Shown here piece by piece: positions 60,795 through 64,000 of a DNA stretch of 64,000 nt (the first letter of the stretch is position 1; each line of letters opens with the position of its first letter). Origin of the DNA: Amoebidium appalachense (taxonomy: Eukaryota; Protista; Ichthyosporea); contig CAVNZM010000010.1 in the NCBI GenBank assembly GCA_963693365.1, forward strand, positions 8,309,794 to 8,373,793, in the 5' to 3' direction. The notes below the pieces were generated by a model that saw only the letters and a program-made list of their open reading frames with translations, was not told the origin of the DNA and did not search any database. The translations under genes and the position numbers were made by a program.

Positions 60795-62027
60795 CTAGGC
60801 GGTGCGTTTCCTCACGTCTCTCATCAGCAGCAGCACGTCATTGAAAGTCACCGTCACCGCCCAACCCTCCTCCGACAAAGGACCCCCCTCCCAGTCAATC
60901 TCAAACACACCACTTTTAACAAACTCCTGCTTAATCTCTGTGTATTCCCTGCTGCTCAACAAAGCCTCCACATGTTTGGAAAGAGGGAACACCTGCTCCT
61001 GCGCCAACCATTTCACATGTTGACCCGTGGGTTTATACACCAGCTGGCCGTAGTAAACTGCACGTGAAACAACAGCAAGACCTCGTTTTGGGTCGCGTAG
61101 ATCTTTTTCGAGATCCGCACACAATGTTCTGAACAGACCCTCAAACTCCGGGTTGAAAAACAACCACCCGTGGGTCTCATAGAGAATGGCGTTGTGCAGA
61201 TAGAGTGGGTTGTTGCAGAGCGCATCTTTCCCGGTGTCTTTGCCCAACTTCGTAACCATGGCCACAGCCTCCTGGCCGATGTGAAGTCCTGGATGTGTCT
61301 GGCCCGGCCATGGTTTCTCCCCGGGGGCAAAAGAATGTGTAGGGTCTTGGAGGAGGAACCAATCTACCTCCAGGAAACGTAAGTGCTCGTGCCGGAAAGT
61401 GCGAAAGAGGGTGCTTGTTCGTTCGTCTCCGTGGTTGGCACATAAAGCGTGGAAGGATGAGATGTCATCCAGCACCTTAAACGACCCCTCCAAGAGAAGG
61501 CAGTCGGGTGCGCCCTTCAGCAACCGCCTGCTCTCCTGTGCTCTATCTCTCAGTGTGTGGGGTGTTATGTTCGAGGCGGGCGGAACTATCACATGCACCC
61601 CCCTGTCGTACATATACAGATGCTGCACAAAGGGATCTTTGGTGTCGGTCATAACCACCAAGTCTCTAAACCCACGCCCGCGTAGCTTCTCGCGTATTCC
61701 AGCGTCATCCAGCACCACTTTCTCCAACTCCTCCTGGGTGTAATACCCCAGAAATAGCTCGCCGGTACCCTTTTCCCAAGGAACACAGTCTTCGTCGCTG
61801 ATGCTTACTGTGATGTCACTTATATAGCTGGAAGGCCGTAAATACGAGAGAACGCCGGGAAAAAGACTGGAAAAGAGTCCACCCCCTTCACTGTGCTTGC
61901 CTTTTGACTCCATGCTTTGCATAGTACTCTTCTTGCCCTCCTCATCGTGCTTTTCATGTGGCTCCATGTTTTCTATGGTCGTTGGGACCATCTGCTTGGG
62001 TTCGTGTTTTATGTTTCCCACAAACAT
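60795..62027 (-). CDS. Uncharacterised ~400-aa protein with no coding introns, bacterial-like (PGQxHPGL domain); true start possibly 61991
   Basis: 1233-nt high-complexity ORF; motifs FLGYYT, WFLLQDP..F..PWPGQTHPGLHIG, NNPLYLHNAILY, FFNPEFEGLF, LAVVSRAV. A candidate 5' intron 61992-62076 (CAG|GTAAGG...aagcag|ATG) ends exactly at Met 61991. Confidence 0.8.
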   Translation of the reverse strand: MFVGNIKHEPKQMVPTTIENMEPHEKHDEEGKKSTMQSMESKGKHSEGGGLFSSLFPGVLSYLRPSSYISDITVSISDEDCVPWEKGTGELFLGYYTQEELEKVVLDDAGIREKLRGRGFRDLVVMTDTKDPFVQHLYMYDRGVHVIVPPASNITPHTLRDRAQESRRLLKGAPDCLLLEGSFKVLDDISSFHALCANHGDERTSTLFRTFRHEHLRFLEVDWFLLQDPTHSFAPGEKPWPGQTHPGLHIGQEAVAMVTKLGKDTGKDALCNNPLYLHNAILYETHGWLFFNPEFEGLFRTLCADLEKDLRDPKRGLAVVSRAVYYGQLVYKPTGQHVKWLAQEQVFPLSKHVEALLSSREYTEIKQEFVKSGVFEIDWEGGPLSEEGWAVTVTFNDVLLLMRDVRKRTA

Positions 62028-62748
62028 GCATGTGTTATGTGTAAACAGGTATGTAGTCTATATTGAGATACCTTACCTGGGCATATCACAAATCTGCCAC
62101 CAGAAGTCCAAGTCGTGCAGTGACGTCATATTAACAAATGACTAATGGGACCGGCTAGAATACAACAAACTGGGCATCACACTGAACTTCGAAAGTTCGG
62201 GGGGCAAACCGAGTGGGCAAACAATACCACCTACTGAGGTGGTGCCTCATTTTCCTTCCTACCTCAGCAGAAATGTCTCGCTAGTGAAGACAATGCTTAT
62301 CTGTGTACGCGAAGTGACTGCTGCGAAGAAGGAAGGCTACGAAGAACTGAGACTGCGGGCTGCGAAGAAGGAAGGAAAAATCGTCGACGAGCCGAGATGG
62401 CGCGTGACACGTCAGTACGTGTCAGGGGCAAACCGTACATCCGGCCATAAAAATCTCTGAGAAAAACTTAAACAGCCATTGTTCAAAACGTGATTAATAT
62501 TTATTGGTAATATATATACAAAACACCAGCATCATACAGTGGCTGCCAGCACTCAAAGTTCAGCCTGCCACTTCCTCGACATTCATGCATAACACCTTCA
62601 CAGCAGCTATCCAACGAAACTCCTTTTTCTGCAAGTCTGTCTGCCCCTTGGACCTGGGATCCATGTAGCCGTGCCCATAGAACTTGAACCCGGATAAACA
62701 TTCAGCTTTTGTTGTAACGGTTGCCCCAGCCAAAGGGATTATCTGTAA

Positions 62749-63027
62749 GTGCACAACGAGTCAGATCTAGGCTGCACACCTAACAGCCAGGCAGGACTAC
62801 TATGTGTGCAAGTGATGGTGGCAGAGTTGCGCAACCAAGCCCATCAGCGCAATCACCTTTTCAGGTTCAAAGGGAAAGATGAACGTGACGACGGATGCAG
62901 CATGTGCATGGAACCCCCTTGCAAGGCAAAGACAGGTGCAGAAAGCTTAGACGTATGTACCAACTGACAACCTAGTAGCCAGCAGCTTTCTTTATGTAAC
63001 ACTGATATATCCGGAAAGCTGGGGGGT

Positions 63028-63069
<42 letters not shown>

Positions 63070-63483
63070 GAGGGGGGGGGGGAGGAGGGGGGGGGGGGGG
63101 GGGGGGGGGCTGACCATCTTTGTGGGCATCCCATTGCGGTCTTTGTATGTTTTTGCCTCTCCAGCCTCGTAACCAGCCGTGGTGTCGTCTTCTGCACTAT
63201 GGTCTTCCCCTTCGGCCGTTTTGCTGCGATCAAAGCTCACGTCAGGTGGTTTCGAGGAACACCACAAGTGCTTACAAAAGTGTATTTTGCTAATGTTCTT
63301 GAAATAAACAACTTAGCTCACTGGGAACAAACAGGAAAAGGCGGAGAAATCAAGAAGACAGTGTTCCGGTGTAACTGGGCTGAGAGGAAGAGGGGTCAAG
63401 ATCTGAACTTTTGGTGCTGTAAAATTCGTTGCACGTATATACGTGACCATGGTGTGAGTACAACAGTAAGAAGAGGCGTCTGA
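62749..63483 (+). pseudogene. Possible decayed CACTA/EnSpm-type transposase fragments
   Basis: Broken ORFs with NHLFRFKGKDE..PP..KTGAESL and VYFANVLEI..KTVFRCNW, reminiscent of CACTA Tnp2 and DUF4216 segments; no TIRs found. Confidence 0.25.
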
Positions 63484-63572
63484 ATCGTTTGCCAGCTCGG
63501 AGGAAATGAGGAGGCGCGTTGAGTGGGGTTAGAACGTAATGTTGATTAGGGAAGAGGAGGGGGTTGAACACT

Positions 63573-63627
<55 letters not shown>

Positions 63628-63933
63628 GAGGGGTTGATCACCTGTGATCGCTGTGGCTGTGGTTGTGTAAGCCAAGGTCGTGCTCCCTGCAAGCGGCCTG
63701 CTCGACAGTGTACGTGTACGGACTGGGATAGCCACGGCCAAAAACTTTCACCATTTCTTTGGTAATTGTAAAGTTCTTAAAGCCCTGCAATATGAAACAA
63801 AATATAAGCGATTAGTAAAACCAATCCTCCAAGGTGGGCACGGACACGAAGAGGCCAAACACTCGGGATGAAAGACACTTGACAAACAGGGGCCATTCTT
63901 ATACCTCCCACCCAAAAAATTAGGGTGGGAGAG

Positions 63934-63950
63934 AAAAAAAGAAAAAAAAA
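63934..63950 (-). terminator. Pol III oligo-T terminator of tRNA-Trp
   Basis: T9 then T7 on the minus strand, starting 2 nt after the tRNA 3' end. Confidence 0.8.
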
Positions 63951-63952
63951 GA

Positions 63953-64000
63953 TGACCCCGACGTGATTTGAACACGCAACCTTCTGATCTGGAGTCAGAC
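63953..64000 (-). tRNA. trnW: tRNA-Trp(CCA), 5' part outside the window, no intron
   Basis: Minus strand GTCTGACTCCAGATCAGAAGGTTGCGTGTTCAAATCACGTCGGGGTCA: anticodon stem TCTGA/TCAGA, anticodon CCA at 63990-63992, T-loop GTTCAAATC. Confidence 0.97.

Overview
Eukaryotic, intron-dense genomic DNA. The animal-like clathrin and RMC1 sequences and the GTACGT/GTATGT-type donors suggest a unicellular holozoan (inference). Nearly all long ORFs in the six-frame track are microsatellite or homopolymer artefacts. Genes reconstructed by hand from splice sites and homology: RMC1/Mic1 (-, >=19 exons, 2867-16448+), a two-exon HINT/HIT protein (+), clathrin heavy chain (-, 33 exons, 1714 aa), an F-box/LRR protein (-, 6 exons), a membrane-anchored alginate/glucuronan-lyase-family protein (+, 6 exons), a ~400-aa bacterial-like gene with no coding introns (-), and the 3' part of tRNA-Trp(CCA). 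The most interesting signal is a dispersed ~300-nt non-coding element with at least 6 copies. Its intronic copies all lie sense to their host genes, two stems show compensatory changes, it carries hammerhead-like words (GUCGAAAC, CUGANGA) and it ends in C-runs. Also present: a TA-flanked MITE, a foldback-like element, two GC-AG introns, and acceptors where (CA)n or (GU)n replaces the polypyrimidine tract.
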